DNA from: Eledone cirrhosa
Taxonomy: Eukaryota
Assembly (NCBI GenBank): GCA_964016885.1
Contig: OZ024754.1
Coordinates: 28,458,001-28,522,000 of the forward strand
DNA length: 64,000 nucleotides
Direction: 5' to 3'
Shown here: positions 26,401-39,049 of the stretch, in pieces
Layout of the letters: each line of letters starts with the position of its first letter
How positions within the stretch are numbered: position 1 is the stretch's first letter
Notes under the pieces: model-generated
What the model was told of the DNA's origin: nothing
Databases searched by the model: none
Seen by the model: only the letters and a program-made list of their open reading frames with translations
Translations under genes and position numbers: made by a program

Positions 26401-29400
26401 CTCTACACTGGTCAGGGTAACACTGTTTCTCTACACTGGTCAGGGTAACACTGTTTCTCTACACTGGTCAGGGTAACACTGTTTCTCTACACTGATCAAG
26501 GTAACACTGTTTCTCTACACTGATCAAGGTAACACTGTTTCTCTACACTGATCAAGGTAACACTGTTTCTCTACACTGGTCAGGGTAACACTGTTTCTCT
26601 ACACTGGTCAGGGTAACACTGTTTCTCTACACTGATCAAGGTAACACTGTTTCTCTACACTGGTCAAGGTAACACTGTTTCTCTACACTGGTCAGGGTAA
26701 CACTGTTTCTCTACACTGATCAAGGTAACACTGTTTCTCTACACTGATCAAGGTAACACTGTTTCTCTACACTGATCAAGGTAACACTGTTTCTCTACAC
26801 TGGTCAGGGTAACACTGTTTCTCAACACTGGTCAGGGTAACACTGTTTCTCTACACTGATCAAGGTAACACTGTTTCTCTACACTGGTCAGGGTAACACT
26901 GTTTATCTACACTGGTCAGGGTAACACTGTTTCTCTACACTGATCAAGGTAACACTGTTTCTCTACACTGATCAAGGTAACACTGTTTCTCTACACTGAT
27001 CAAGGTAACACTGTTTCTCTACACTGGTCAGGGTAACACTGTTTCTCTACACTGATCAAGGTAACACTGTTTCTCTACACTGATCAAGGTAACACTGTTT
27101 CTCTACACTGGTCAGGGTAACACTGTTTCTCTACACTGGTCAGGGTAACACTGTTTCTCTACACTGATCAAGGTAACACTGTTTCTCTACACTGGTCAAG
27201 GTAACACTGTTTCTCTACACTGGTCAGGGTAACACTGTTTCTCTACACTGATCAAGGTAACACTGTTTCTCTACACTGGTCAGGGTAACACTGTTTCTCT
27301 ACACTGGTCAGGGTAACACTGTTTCTCTACACTGGTCAGGGTAACACTGTTTCTCTACACTGGTCAGGGTAACACTGTTTCTCTACACTGGTCAGGGTAA
27401 CACTGTTTCTCTACACTGGTCAGGGTAACACTGTTTCTCTACACTGATCAAGGTAACACTGTTTCTCTACACTGGTCAGAGTAACACTGTTTCTCTACAC
27501 TACACTGATCAAGGTAACACTGTTTCTCTACACTGGTCAGGGTAACACTGTTTCTCTACACTGGTCAGGGTAACACTGTTTCTCTACACTGGTCAGGGTA
27601 ACACTGTTTCTCTACACTGGTCAGGGTAACACTGTTTCTCTACACTGGTCAGGGTAACACTGTTTCTCTACACTGGTCAAGGTAACACTGTTTCTCTACA
27701 CTGGTCAGAGTAACACTGTTTCTCTACACTGGTCAGAGTAACACTGTTTCTCTACACTGGTCAAGGTAACACTGTTTCTCTACACTGGTCAGAGTAACAC
27801 TGTTTCTCTACACTGGTCAGGGTAACACTGTTTCTCTACACTGGTCAAGGTAACACTGTTTCTCTACACTGGTCAGGGTAACACTGTTTCTCTACACTGA
27901 TCAAGGTAACACTGTTTCTCTACACTGGTCAAGGTAACACTGTTTCTCTACACTGGTCAGGGTAACACTGTTTCTCTACACTGGTCAGGGTAACACTGTT
28001 TCTCTACACTGGTCAAGGTAACACTGTTTCTCTACACTGGTCAAGGTAACACTGTTTCTCTACACTGGTCAAGGTAACACTGTTTCTCTACACTACACTG
28101 GTCAAGGTAACACTGTTTCTCTACACTGGTCAGGGTAACACTGTTTCTCTACACTGGTCAGGGTAACACTGTTTCTCTACACTACACTGGTCAAGGTAAC
28201 ACTGTTTCTCTACACTGGTCAGGGTAACACTGTTTCTCTACACTGGTCAGGGTAACACTGTTTCTCTACACTGGTCAGGGTAACACTGTTTCTCTACACT
28301 GGTCAGGGTAACACTGTTTCTCTACACTGGTCAGGGTAACACTGTTTCTCTACACTGGTCAGGGTAACACTGTTTCTCTACACTGGTCAGGGTAACACTG
28401 TTTCTCTACACTGGTCAGGGTAACACTGTTTCTCTACACTGGTCAGGGTAACACTGTTTCTCTACACTGGTCAGAGTAACACTGTTTCTCTACACTGGTC
28501 AGGGTAACACTGTTTCTCTACACTGGTCAGGGTAACACTGTTTCTCTACACTACACTGGTCAAGGTAACACTGTTTCTCTACACTGGTCAGAGTAACACT
28601 GTTTCTCTACACTGGTCAGGGTAACACTGTTTCTCTACACTGGTCAGGGTAACACTGTTTCTCTACACTGGTCAGGGTAACACTGTTTCTCTACACTGAT
28701 CAAGGTAACACTGTTTCTCTACACTGGTCAGGGTAACACTGTTTCTCTACACTGGTCAGGGTAACACTGTTTCTCTACACTGGTCAGAGTAACACTGTTT
28801 CTCTACACTGATCAAGGTAACACTGTTTCTCTACACTGGTCAGAGTAACACTGTTTCTCTACACTGGTCAGGGTAACACTGTTTCTCTACACTGATCAAG
28901 GTAACACTGTTTCTCTACACTGGTCAGGGTAACACTGTTTCTCTACACTGATCAAGGTAACACTGTTTCTCTACACTGGTCAGGGTAACACTGTTTCTCT
29001 ACACTGGTCAGGGTAACACTGTTTCTCTACACTGATCAAGGTAACACTGTTTCTCTACACTGGTCAAGGTAACACTGTTTCTCTACACTGGTCAGGGTAA
29101 CACTGTTTCTCTACACTGATCAAGGTAACACTGTTTCTCTACACTGGTCAGGGTAACACTGTTTCTCTACACTCATCAAGGTAACACTGTTTCTCTACAC
29201 TGATCAAGGTAACACTGTTTCTCTACACTGGTCAGGGTAACACTGTTTCTCTACACTGATCAAGGTAACACTGTTTCTCTACACTGGTCAGGGTAACACT
29301 GTTTCTCTACACTGATCAAGGTAACACTGTTTCTCTACACTGGTCAGGGTAACACTGTTTCTCTACACTGATCAAGGTAACACTGTTTCTCTACACTGGT

Positions 29401-30744
29401 CAGGGTAACACTGTTTCTCTACACTGGTCAGGGTAACACTGTTTCTCTACACTGGTCAGGGTAACACTGTTTCTCTACACTGATCAAGGTAACACTGTTT
29501 CTCTACACTACACTGGTCAAGGTAACACTGTTTCTCTACACTGATCAAGGTAACACTGTTTCTCTACACTGGTCAGGGTAACACTGTTTCTCTACACTGG
29601 TCAAGGTAACACTGTTTCTCTACACTGGTCAGGGTAACACTGTTTCTCTACACTACACTGGTCAGGGTAACACTGTTTCTCTACACTGGTCAGGGTAACA
29701 CTGTTTCTCTACACTGATCAAGGTAACACTGTTTCTCTACACTGATCAAGGTAACACTGTTTCTCTACACTGGTCAGGGTAACACTGTTTCTCTACACTG
29801 GTCAGGGTAACACTGTTTCTCTACACTGGTCAGGGTAACACTGTTTCTCTACACTGGTCAGGGTAACACTGTTTCTCTACACTGGTCAGGGTAACACTGT
29901 TTCTCTACACTGATCAAGGTAACACTGTTTCTCTACACTGATCAAGGTAACACTGTTTCTCTACACTGGTCAGGGTAACACTGTTTCTCTACACTGATCA
30001 AGGTAACACTGTTTCTCTACACTGGTCAGGGTAACACTGTTTCTCTACACTGGTCAGGGTAACACTGTTTCTCTACACTGGTCAGGGTAACACTGTTTCT
30101 CTACACTGATCAAGGTAACACTGTTTCTCTACACTACACTGGTCAAGGTAACACTGTTTCTCTACACTACACTGGTCAGGGTAACACTGTTTCTCTACAC
30201 TGATCAAGGTAACACTGTTTCTCTACACTGGTCAGGGTAACACTGTTTCTCTACACTGATCAAGGTAACACTGTTTCTCTACACTGATCAGGGTAACACT
30301 GTTTCTCTACACTGGTCAGGGTAACACTGTTTCTCTACACTGGTCAGGGTAACACTGTTTCTCTACACTACACTGGTCAAGGTAACACTGTTTCTCTACA
30401 CTACACTGGTCAGGGTAACACTGTTTCTCTACACTACACTGGTCAAGGTAACACTGTTTCTCTACACTGGTCAGAGTAACACTGTTTCTCTACACTGGTC
30501 AGGGTAACACTGTTTCTCTACACTACACTGGTCAAGGTAACACTGTTTCTCTACACTACACTGGTCAGGGTAACACTGTTTCTCTACACTACACTGGTCA
30601 AGGTAACACTGTTTCTCTACACTGGTCAGAGTAACACTGTTTCTCTACACTGGTCAGGGTAACACTGTTTCTCTACACTACACTGGTCAAGGTAACACTG
30701 TTTCTCTACACTACACTGGTCAAGGTAACACTGTTTCTCTACAC
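23470..30744. repeat. 28-bp tandem satellite, about 7.3 kb (roughly 255 units)
   Basis: Unit GGTAACACTGTTTCTCTACACTGGTCAG, with variants ending TGATCAAG, TGGTCAAG or TGGTCAGA and occasional 33-bp units (+ACACT). Confidence 0.98.
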
Positions 30745-30849
30745 AGAATTTGTCAACTATTATTGATGGTCGCTTGTTTAGTTTTCTTCTACGAAATGTA
30801 ACGTACATATCCATTTTCTTCTCAACTCTCCACATTCGGGTCATTCATC

Positions 30850-33800
30850 TATATATCTTACAATCCCCTAGAATCAAAAAATCGTATTCATAATTGGCTT
30901 TCTATAATTCTGTTCTGCCTCACCGTTGTTCTAAAAATAATTCTGCTCCTCGCAAACTACCCCATACCCCTCCCTCCCGCCCCCACTCTCCACCTTATTA
31001 TTTGGACCAATCACAAGTAAACGACCTATGCTAGCACTTCTGGTTGCTTTTTCAATATGATGGATGAACTAGGGAATTTCTGGAGAGTCAGCAGAATCTG
31101 GACACCCGAAGACAATGCAAAAGATAATGACAAATTCACCTCATGCTGCCGGACGAAAGGGCAAAGCCCCACCCTCTTTGTTGCGACCGCGGATGGCCAA
31201 CATAACCCCAACCCCATCAACCTCACCCCTCCCTGAACCCCACCCACCAAACGCAATCCAAAACTTCAGAGTTGGTACCATGAATGTAGGGACCTTAAAA
31301 GGCCGCTCAAACGAGGTTGTAGAAATGCTTGAACGTAAGGAGGTTGATGTCTGCTGTATCCAAGAGACCAGGTGGAGGGGCGGGTCTGCTAGATTCATTG
31401 TGGGTAAAAAACGATGCTATAAGCTTTTCTGGGTGGGAAATGACAATGGGCTGGGTGGGGTAGGAATCATGTTAGCAGAAAAATGGGTGGATAAGATAAT
31501 AGACGTAAATAGAGTAAGCGACAGAATAATTAAAATAAGACTCGTTCTAAATAGAACTACTGTGACGATAATATCTGTGTACGCGCCCCAATCCGGACTG
31601 CCTGGCGCTATAAAAGACACTTTCTATGAGACACTGATGCTCACTACCTCCCAAATAACCGACAGTGACTATATAATTATTGCTGGCGACCTAAATGGTC
31701 ACGTTGGACAACATTGTGACGGCTATGATGGAATCCATGGAGGCTATGGGTTTGGTACTAGAAATGAGGAAGGCTCCAGAATCCTGGAATTCTGTGACGC
31801 AAATAACCTAACAATCTGTAACACTAACTTCAAAAAACGAGACAATCACTTGATCACCTACAGATCAGGGGAACATACCAGCCAGGTAGATTATATCCTT
31901 ACCAGAAGACGTGACAGAGTGACTGTTGTAAACACTAAATCCCTCCCCCATGAAGAATGCACCTCCCAACATAGACTGATATTTAGCGACCTCATAGTCA
32001 GGACGAGACGTACTCGACAGCAGAAGAGGACTATCCTCAGGAGAAAAATATGGAAGCTAAAGGACCCCACAGCCAGAAATAAATTTCAAAGCATATTACT
32101 TGATGCTTTCGACAGTAAGGAAGAGCATTTAGAGTCGTACAATATAGAGGAACAGTGGGAATTCCTGAAAGCAAACCTGCTGATGGCAGCAGACGAAGTC
32201 TGTGGCCGGAGCAGGCCTATAGGCAGGAGGAGAGTAACATGGTGGTAGAACAGTAAGGTGGAGGAGTCAATTAAGGCCAAAAAGCAGGCTTGGAAAGTAT
32301 GGCGGGATGGGGGAAGTAGAGAAGACTATCAAGTGGCCAGGAGGGAAGCTAGGAGACAAGTGTACTTCGCAAGAAGGGAAGCAGAGGAAAGAAAGTTCAA
32401 GCATGTTCTACAACGCGAGGACCAAAAAACGTGAGGTGTTCAGGATTGCTAGGCAATGTGTCAAGGAAAACCGTGATATTGTTGGGGAGAAGTGTGTACT
32501 AAATGATGATGGCGTACTCGCCATCACTGACGCTGATAAGAAGGTCACCTGGAAGTGTTACTACGAGAGGCTACTAAATGAGGAGAATAAATGGGAGAAG
32601 GATAGTCTCCCCCAGATCGATCCAATAGAGGGACCAGCAGTGTTAGTTGAAGGTAGTATAATAAGTAAGGCAATCAAAGATATGAAGACGGGTAAGGTGG
32701 CTGGGCCTTCGGAAATAGTTGCTGAGATGCTGAAGGTCTCTGGAACGGTGGGACACACCATGGTCACCCGGATAGTAAACCAAGTCATACAGAATGGGGT
32801 TGTTCCGAAGGACTGGCGTAGCATCATCATTAACTGTTACAAGGGTAAAGGAGACGTCCTAGATAGGAGTAACTATAGAGGCATTAAATTAATCGACCAG
32901 GTCAGGAAGGTCACGGAAAAAGTAATAGTGCAACTAATCAGAGAGAGAATCGATCTAGATGAAATGCAGTTCGGGTTTGTGTCAGGCAAAAGTACCACAG
33001 ACGCTCTTTTCATTGTACGACAACTACAGGAGAAGTACCTAGCTAAAAGTAAACCCCTATACTTAGCCTTTGTCGACTTGGAGAAAGCCTTCGACAGAGT
33101 CCCCCATTCCATTATCTGGTGGGCTCTTAGAAAACTAGGTGTTGACGAATGGCTTGTGAGAGCTATACAAGCCATGTATAAAGAAACAGTCAGCAAGGTT
33201 AGAATTAACAACGAATATAGTGAAGAGTTTAGCGTAAAAGTTGGTGTCCATCAGGGCTCTGTTCTTAGCCCCCTACTATTTATTATTGCCCTTCAGGCTA
33301 TAACAGAGGAGTTCAAGACCGGCTGCCCATGGGAACTCCTATACACAGATGATCTAACGCTCATAGCTGAATCAATGGCCGAGCTAGAGAAGAAATTCCA
33401 AACATGGAAGCATGGCCTAGAATCAAAAGGCCTTAAAATTAACCTGGCTAAGACTAAAGTTCTAGTTTGTAGGAAAGAAAATAAGGCGCCGGTCCCTTCC
33501 GGGAAATGGCCATGCTCAGTGTGTAGGAAAGGTGTAGGTAGAAACTCCATTTTATGTCCCAAATGCAAAGTATGGGTGCATAAAAGATGTAGTATGATCA
33601 CAGGTAAGCTAACTAAGAACACAGATTTTACATGTGGCCGGTGCTCTGGTGCAATAAGTAGCAGCAAGTGCCCACAAAATACTAGCTCTTTCAATTGCGC
33701 AGAGAGTTCTATAGAAATAGTGGACAGCTTCTGTTACCTGGGTGACAAAATCAGTAGTGGGAGAGGGTGCTCTGAAAGTACAGTAACTAGAGTCAGAACT

Positions 33801-34686
33801 GGATGGAAAAAGTTCAGAGAGCTTATACCACTATTAGCCGCTAAAGGGTTCTCCCTAAAAATGAAAGGCAGGTTGTATGATGCCTGCATACGAACAGCAA
33901 TGTTGCATGGCAGTGAGACCTGGGCATTGCGTGCAGAGGATAAACGCAGACTAGAGAGGAACGAAGCTTGCATGCTCCGCTGGATGTGTAATAGTAATAT
34001 ACGTGAACGGCAAAGCATAAACGAACTAAGGAAAAAATTAGAAATAAGAGGGATGAGATGTTGTTTACTTGAGAGAAGGCTACATTGGTATGGTCACGTG
34101 ATGCGCATGAAAGACGACAGCTGTATAGCAAAGTGCAGGGCAATAAAGATAGATGGTAGCCACGGAGTAGGCAGACCCAGAAAAAGCTGGGACGAGCTGA
34201 TAAATTCCGACCTCACACACTTACACCTCTCCAAGATAATGTCACTGGACCGAGAGCTTTGGCGGTACTCAGTAATAGAGAAGACCCGCCTTACCTAAAT
34301 ACAAAGTAAAACCTACTACAGTCAGTAGGCATCTCTAACAAAATACACCCCTGTCCCACCACCGCCACCCCATCCACACCGCCCCTTTCAATGTAAAGTT
34401 ATGTTGGTGCCACAACATCCAGGCCGAAACATATGAGATCGTGTAGGTGTCATGACAAAAAATACACACAGTCCACGCTGTAATGTGGCCGTGTAGGCAA
34501 CACAGTAAAAACCTCCCAGACCCATACTGTAAATGTGATTGGTGTTAGGAAAGGCATCCAACTGTAGAAAACCCGCCAGACAGTCCTATGCGAGCAAGAC
34601 AACCACTCTTGCCTCAAGTGGGAAAACTCCCATCCAAACCCATGCAAGCGTGGAACATGGACGTTAAACGATGATGATGATGATGA
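30850..34686 (+). mobile_element. Near-full-length RTE LINE family A (5' boundary approximate)
   Basis: Single APE-RT ORF region, a 3'UTR shared with four truncated copies, and a (GAT)n tail. Confidence 0.95.
31115..34298 (+). pseudogene. Disrupted APE endonuclease-reverse transcriptase ORF of RTE-A
   Basis: APE motifs (TMNVGTL, IQETRW, SVYAP, GDLNGH, VDYIL, TSQH) and RT motifs ([23 protein letters not shown]). Disruptions: in-frame TAG at 32246-32248, a frameshift in the A-run near 32425, and YADD changed to YTDD. Confidence 0.93.
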
Positions 34687-34689
34687 ATA

Positions 34690-36078
34690 GTAGAACACTG
34701 GAGGGTTATATCCATAGTATTAGAGCACTCAGTCCATGGGACGAGTTTGGTAGAAGTAGTTCCACAACAGTTAGTTTACCATACCGAGAACAAATATTTC
34801 ACCTTATGCGGATCTTCAGCTTGGTCTGAGTGAAGTTGTACGGAAAAGGAAAAACAGCCATATGAATACTCATGCGCTGAACTGGTCACTTCTCCTAGTT
34901 TATTAAAAGTAGAAATTAAATCTACTTTTAATGAGTTAGGACTTAGGATAATGGTAGCTACCAACCTCACTAGGATAGATTACTTAGACATAAATTTAGA
35001 CTTTTGCACACATACCTTCAGAACCTTCCATAAACTAAATGGAAAACTTAATTACATACACAAAGACTCATGCTACCCCCCTCCAGTTTTTAGAAACTTT
35101 GTGAATAATATTGGTACTAGAATCTCTCCTCTAATAAAGCAATCTTTGACAGAGCGGCCCCCTACTACAACACGGCATTAGCTAACAGCAGTTTCTTGCA
35201 ACCAATTACTTACTCCCTTGCTAACACCAACAGCAATAAGAAAAGAAATCGTACTAATAGAAAAACTATCTGGTTCTCGCCCCCTTCTCACTCAATGTTA
35301 AAACTAATGTAGGAAAAAAATATTTCGTTCTCTTAGACACTTTCCCATAGGTCACAAATACCGCTCCATCTTTAACAGACACAGGATGAAACTAGGATAC
35401 TCCTGTGCTAAGAATATGAAAGCCCACATCATCAACAGCCCTAACAGCAGCACTCTACCAGGATGCTCTTGCTGAAAGCCTGAATATTATCCCCTTCAAC
35501 AACACTGCAACACACCTGCTGTAATTTACGAAGCTGTGATCAATTCCAACTGACCAAATCAACAACAAGAGGTTAAATCCTATGTAGGTATGGCAGAGGG
35601 CCGGTTTAAGGAATGCTTCCTGAACCATCAGTTGACCTTTAGATACCCGGACAAACGATCGTTCACGAAACTCGTGAGCCACATATGGTCCTTCAAAGAC
35701 TCAGGCATAGACTACTCCATCCAATGGAAAGCTATCACTGACTCCACGCCATTCACAAAGGGTAATCCATCTTGTGGACTGTGCATTGAAGAAAGGATCA
35801 ATATCCTGAGAAGTTTAAACAATAATGATTGCCTAAATTCAAAGAGTGAGCTTTTTTCACGTTGTCCACACTTCTGGAAACACCTCTTGCATAATTACAA
35901 AGCTCCAGATTGAATAACATCAACATTCTAATATTCTAATCAGCCGTTTCTGTGCATGCATATTCATACGGTTGTGTTTCTTTTTCCATACAACTTCACT
36001 CAGACTGAGCTGAAGATCCGCATAAAGTGAAACATTTGTTCTCGGTATGGTGAACTAACTGTTGTGGAACTACTTCTA
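34690..36078 (+). mobile_element. 5'-truncated Penelope-like element (RT C-terminus plus GIY-YIG endonuclease; probably Naiad-type) with inverted pLTR
   Basis: Broken frames give YLDINL...YIHKDSCYP, IWFSPPFS, CSC...C...VIYEA...YVGMAEGRFKE...NH...CGLCIEE...LNSKSEL...CPH. 34751-34876 is an inverted copy of 35953-36078. Confidence 0.85.
36004..36046 (+). ncRNA. Minimal hammerhead in Penelope pLTR (inverted twin at 34783-34825, minus strand)
   Basis: ACTGAG-CTGAAGA-TCCGCATAAAGT-GAAA-CATTTG-TT-CTCGGT; stem II is weak in this copy. Confidence 0.6.
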
Positions 36079-36101
36079 TATATATATATATATATATATA
36101 T

Positions 36102-36300
36102 CCATATGTGGTTGATGGCTGAGAGAAAGGCGTACTCAATACCGAAGCCAAGTAGAGTTTACTAAAATAGTAAGTCTTGTTACTCTGGTGTTTCACCCGT
36201 TTATCACAGGGTCATAAGACAAGAACTTGTCTGATGACCCTGTAATAAACAGGCGAAACTCCAGAGTAACAAGACTCACTTTCTAGCCTTAATGATAGTG
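36102..36300. mobile_element. Second Penelope-like pLTR remnant forming a palindrome
   Basis: Arms at about 36169-36223 and 36226-36280 around a 2-nt centre; flanked by (TA)n. Confidence 0.7.
36226..36273 (+). ncRNA. Minimal type I hammerhead ribozyme
   Basis: CTTGT-CTGATGA-C-CCTGT-AATAA-ACAGG-C-GAAA-CTCCAGAG-TA-ACAAG. The core is intact with a GUA triplet; a degenerate mirror copy lies on the minus strand at 36176-36223. Confidence 0.75.
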
Positions 36301-36715
36301 AATGTTTTTATATATTTATATATATAGTGTAGGGAATTTTATAAAAATGTTATATCCAGAGTTGAACATTGTATGCAAAGTTTGGACCTGTGAGTAATTG
36401 TGAAGTTCATATAAAATGTAGTATGCTCAGACACAGAAAAATAACTGTAAATACAGTTGGTTGCTATAAACAGTTGCTATAAGGATTCAAACCACACATC
36501 TCTCAGATACTGGCCAATTGCTCTAGTCATTGGGCTAAAGGACCTCTGAAAACACTTACCATCTAAATTAGGGAGTTGAATCAAGCATCTTTGAAAATGT
36601 AAACAAACATCATTTACAAAGTTCAAATTTTCAAAGCACTGAGAGATTGTGAAGTTCATAGAGAATGTAATTTGCCATATAAACCATCTCTTCTGTATTT
36701 TGGTTTAATATGCAT

Positions 36716-36895
36716 TGGTGGATTGGCAGTATTGGTAGAGGGTCGGACACCATGCTTTGCAGCAAAGAGTTACGGCCCTTTATGGTTTGAGTTCAAATCC
36801 CGCTGAGGTTAACTTTACCTTTCGTCCTTACGGGGTCGATAAAATAAAGTACCAGTAATACACTGGGATACTCTTGTGCCAAAAGTAGAAACAGT
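36716..36895 (+). mobile_element. tRNA-derived SINE family 2
   Basis: ggtggattggcag...gagttcaaatcccgctgaggttaactttacctttcgtccttacggggtcgataaaataaagtaccag; the body resembles the Nin/Sauria-type SINE domain. Confidence 0.8.
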
Positions 36896-38009
36896 TATAT
36901 GAAGACTTTTTATACAACAAACAACAGCTGTTTTAAGGCCACTTTCCTAGCTAAAGCAAGGATTAGTCTTGTGGATCCCATGATAAGTTTACGTACTCAT
37001 CAATGGTATCCTTCTTGAGGCAGTTTTACAGACGGATACTCTTCATGTTACTAACCCTTTTAGTCACCTATTACAGCATGCAGGGATATAGTGTATCTCT
37101 TCTAAACTAGACACACACATATTTGAAGATTACGACATGTTCACTTTCCTTCGGCATCATCTTTTTACATTTGCATTCCATGCTAGTATGGGTTAGATTG
37201 GTTGTAATGGTCTGAGACTAGAGATGTTGGAAATACCACATCTTGCTCATACATACCAGTTCAGCATGGTTTCTAAAGCTGAACGCTCTTCCTAATCTCA
37301 ACCACCCTACATGCTGTACTGAGTGAGTTTCATTGTGGCACCAGCCCATACTATTTTACAGAGTGTACTGGGTATATTTTATCATGACACCAGCACTAGA
37401 GAGTTTGTCATAAGCTAGGCCTGACTGAAGCATCCTCTCTATCCTATATTGTTTCCATTTTGTGTCAGCCACATTACAAAGTTTACTATTGTCAGCCACA
37501 TTGCAAAGTTTACTAGGTACATTCTATCATTGCACCAACTTCTGCCTTCTATGATGGCACCATATGACTTATTGAAACATTTTCTGAATTTAGAATTGTG
37601 TCTGAAAATGCATTTCCTTGACGCAGCATCCATATTGGCAACAGTTCTAAAAGAATCATTAATAAAATTACAACTACACAATGATATATATTCTTCCATT
37701 TATTTTTTAAAAAGTTATCTATCGGTTCACTAGGATTAACTGATAATTATTTGCTTACATTTTTAACCAGTTTGTGTTGCTATAAAAAGAGAACATAAGA
37801 GTAAAGAACATGAAAATATAAATAAATGTAGGCATACATTTTATTTACTTCTTCCTTCATTTTGTGCATCAATACAAAGCACTCTGTTTAAAAATGCATG
37901 CACGTATATGCAATAATTTATGATGTGTGAGAAAAGAAAATAGTTATTGCTTTTCTCTAAAAGATAACTTATCTCTCTCAACCATAAATACATTTGTTCT
38001 GCAATAAAG

Positions 38010-38085
38010 TGTGTGTGTATATGTATGTATGTATATATGTATGAATGTATATGTATGAATGTATGTATATATATGTATGCCTATG

Positions 38086-38116
<31 letters not shown>

Positions 38117-38613
38117 GTATGCATATGTATAGATATATATGTATGCGTATGTATAGATATATATGTATGCGTATGTATAGATATATATGTATGCGTATGT
38201 ATAGATATATATGTATGCGTATGTATAGATATATATGTATGCGCATGTATAGATATATATGTATGCGCATGTATAGATATATATGTATGCGTATGTATAG
38301 ATATATATGTATGCGTATGTATAGATGTATATGTATGCGCATGTATAGATATATATGTATGCATATGTATAGATATATATGTATGCGTATGTATAGATAT
38401 ATATGTATGCATATGTATAGATATATATGTATGTATAGATATATATGTATGCATATGTATAGATATATATGTATGTGTATGTATAGATATATATGTATGT
38501 GTATGTATAGATATATATGTATGCGTATGTATATATATATATATGTGTGTGCATATGTGTGTATATATATATATGCATGTGTGTGCGTATATATATATAT
38601 ATGTGTGTGTGTG

Positions 38614-38657
<44 letters not shown>
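38010..38657. repeat. TA/TG-derived minisatellite (gtatgcgtatgtatagatatat-like unit) plus (CA)n
   Basis: Directly visible; source of the MRMYRYIC-type ORFs. Confidence 0.95.
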
Positions 38658-38659
<2 letters not shown>

Positions 38660-38998
38660 AGGCACATGGCTTAGTGGTTAGAGCATTGGCCTTGCAATCG
38701 AAAGGTTGTATGTTCAATTCTCAGACCGGGTGATGTGTTGTTTCCTTGAGCAAGACACTTTATTTCACATTGCTCCAGTTTACTCAGCTGTAGAAATGAG
38801 ATGATAGGGACTGGGGTCCCTATCATTCCACTGCAAAGTGGTCGTGCAGGTGCCACGACAAAAAAGCACCCAGCACTCACTGTAAATGAGGTTGGTGTTA
38901 GGAAGGGCATCCAGCTATAGAAATCAAGCCAGAATCAGTTCCCGTCCCACCCTTGCAAGCAGGGAAAAAGCGGACGTAAAATGAAATGATGATGATGA

Positions 38999-38999
<1 letters not shown>
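38658..38999 (+). mobile_element. tRNA-derived SINE family 1 (full length)
   Basis: A box TGGCTTAGTGG, B box GTTCAATTC, CORE-like ccttgagcaagacactt, an aggaagggcatccagct module and an RTE-B-type 3' tail. Confidence 0.9.
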
Positions 39000-39035
<36 letters not shown>

Positions 39036-39049
39036 ATATAAATTTTGAG

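Noticed and set aside
23470-30744. CRISPR-like array
   Set aside because: The units are contiguous with no unique spacers, there are no cas genes and the context is eukaryotic.
31115-34298. Active two-ORF LINE or programmed readthrough
   Set aside because: The split results from a TGG-to-TAG nonsense change plus an A-run frameshift, and this copy has YTDD where a sister copy has YADD.
35461-35560. In-frame TGA codons in the Penelope GIY-YIG region as selenocysteine
   Set aside because: The first TGA falls at the Arg of the CxCR motif and fits CGA-to-TGA decay. The element also has frameshifts, and no SECIS was recognised.
38658-38730. Functional tRNA gene
   Set aside because: There is no proper cloverleaf or acceptor stem; it continues into a SINE body present in several copies.
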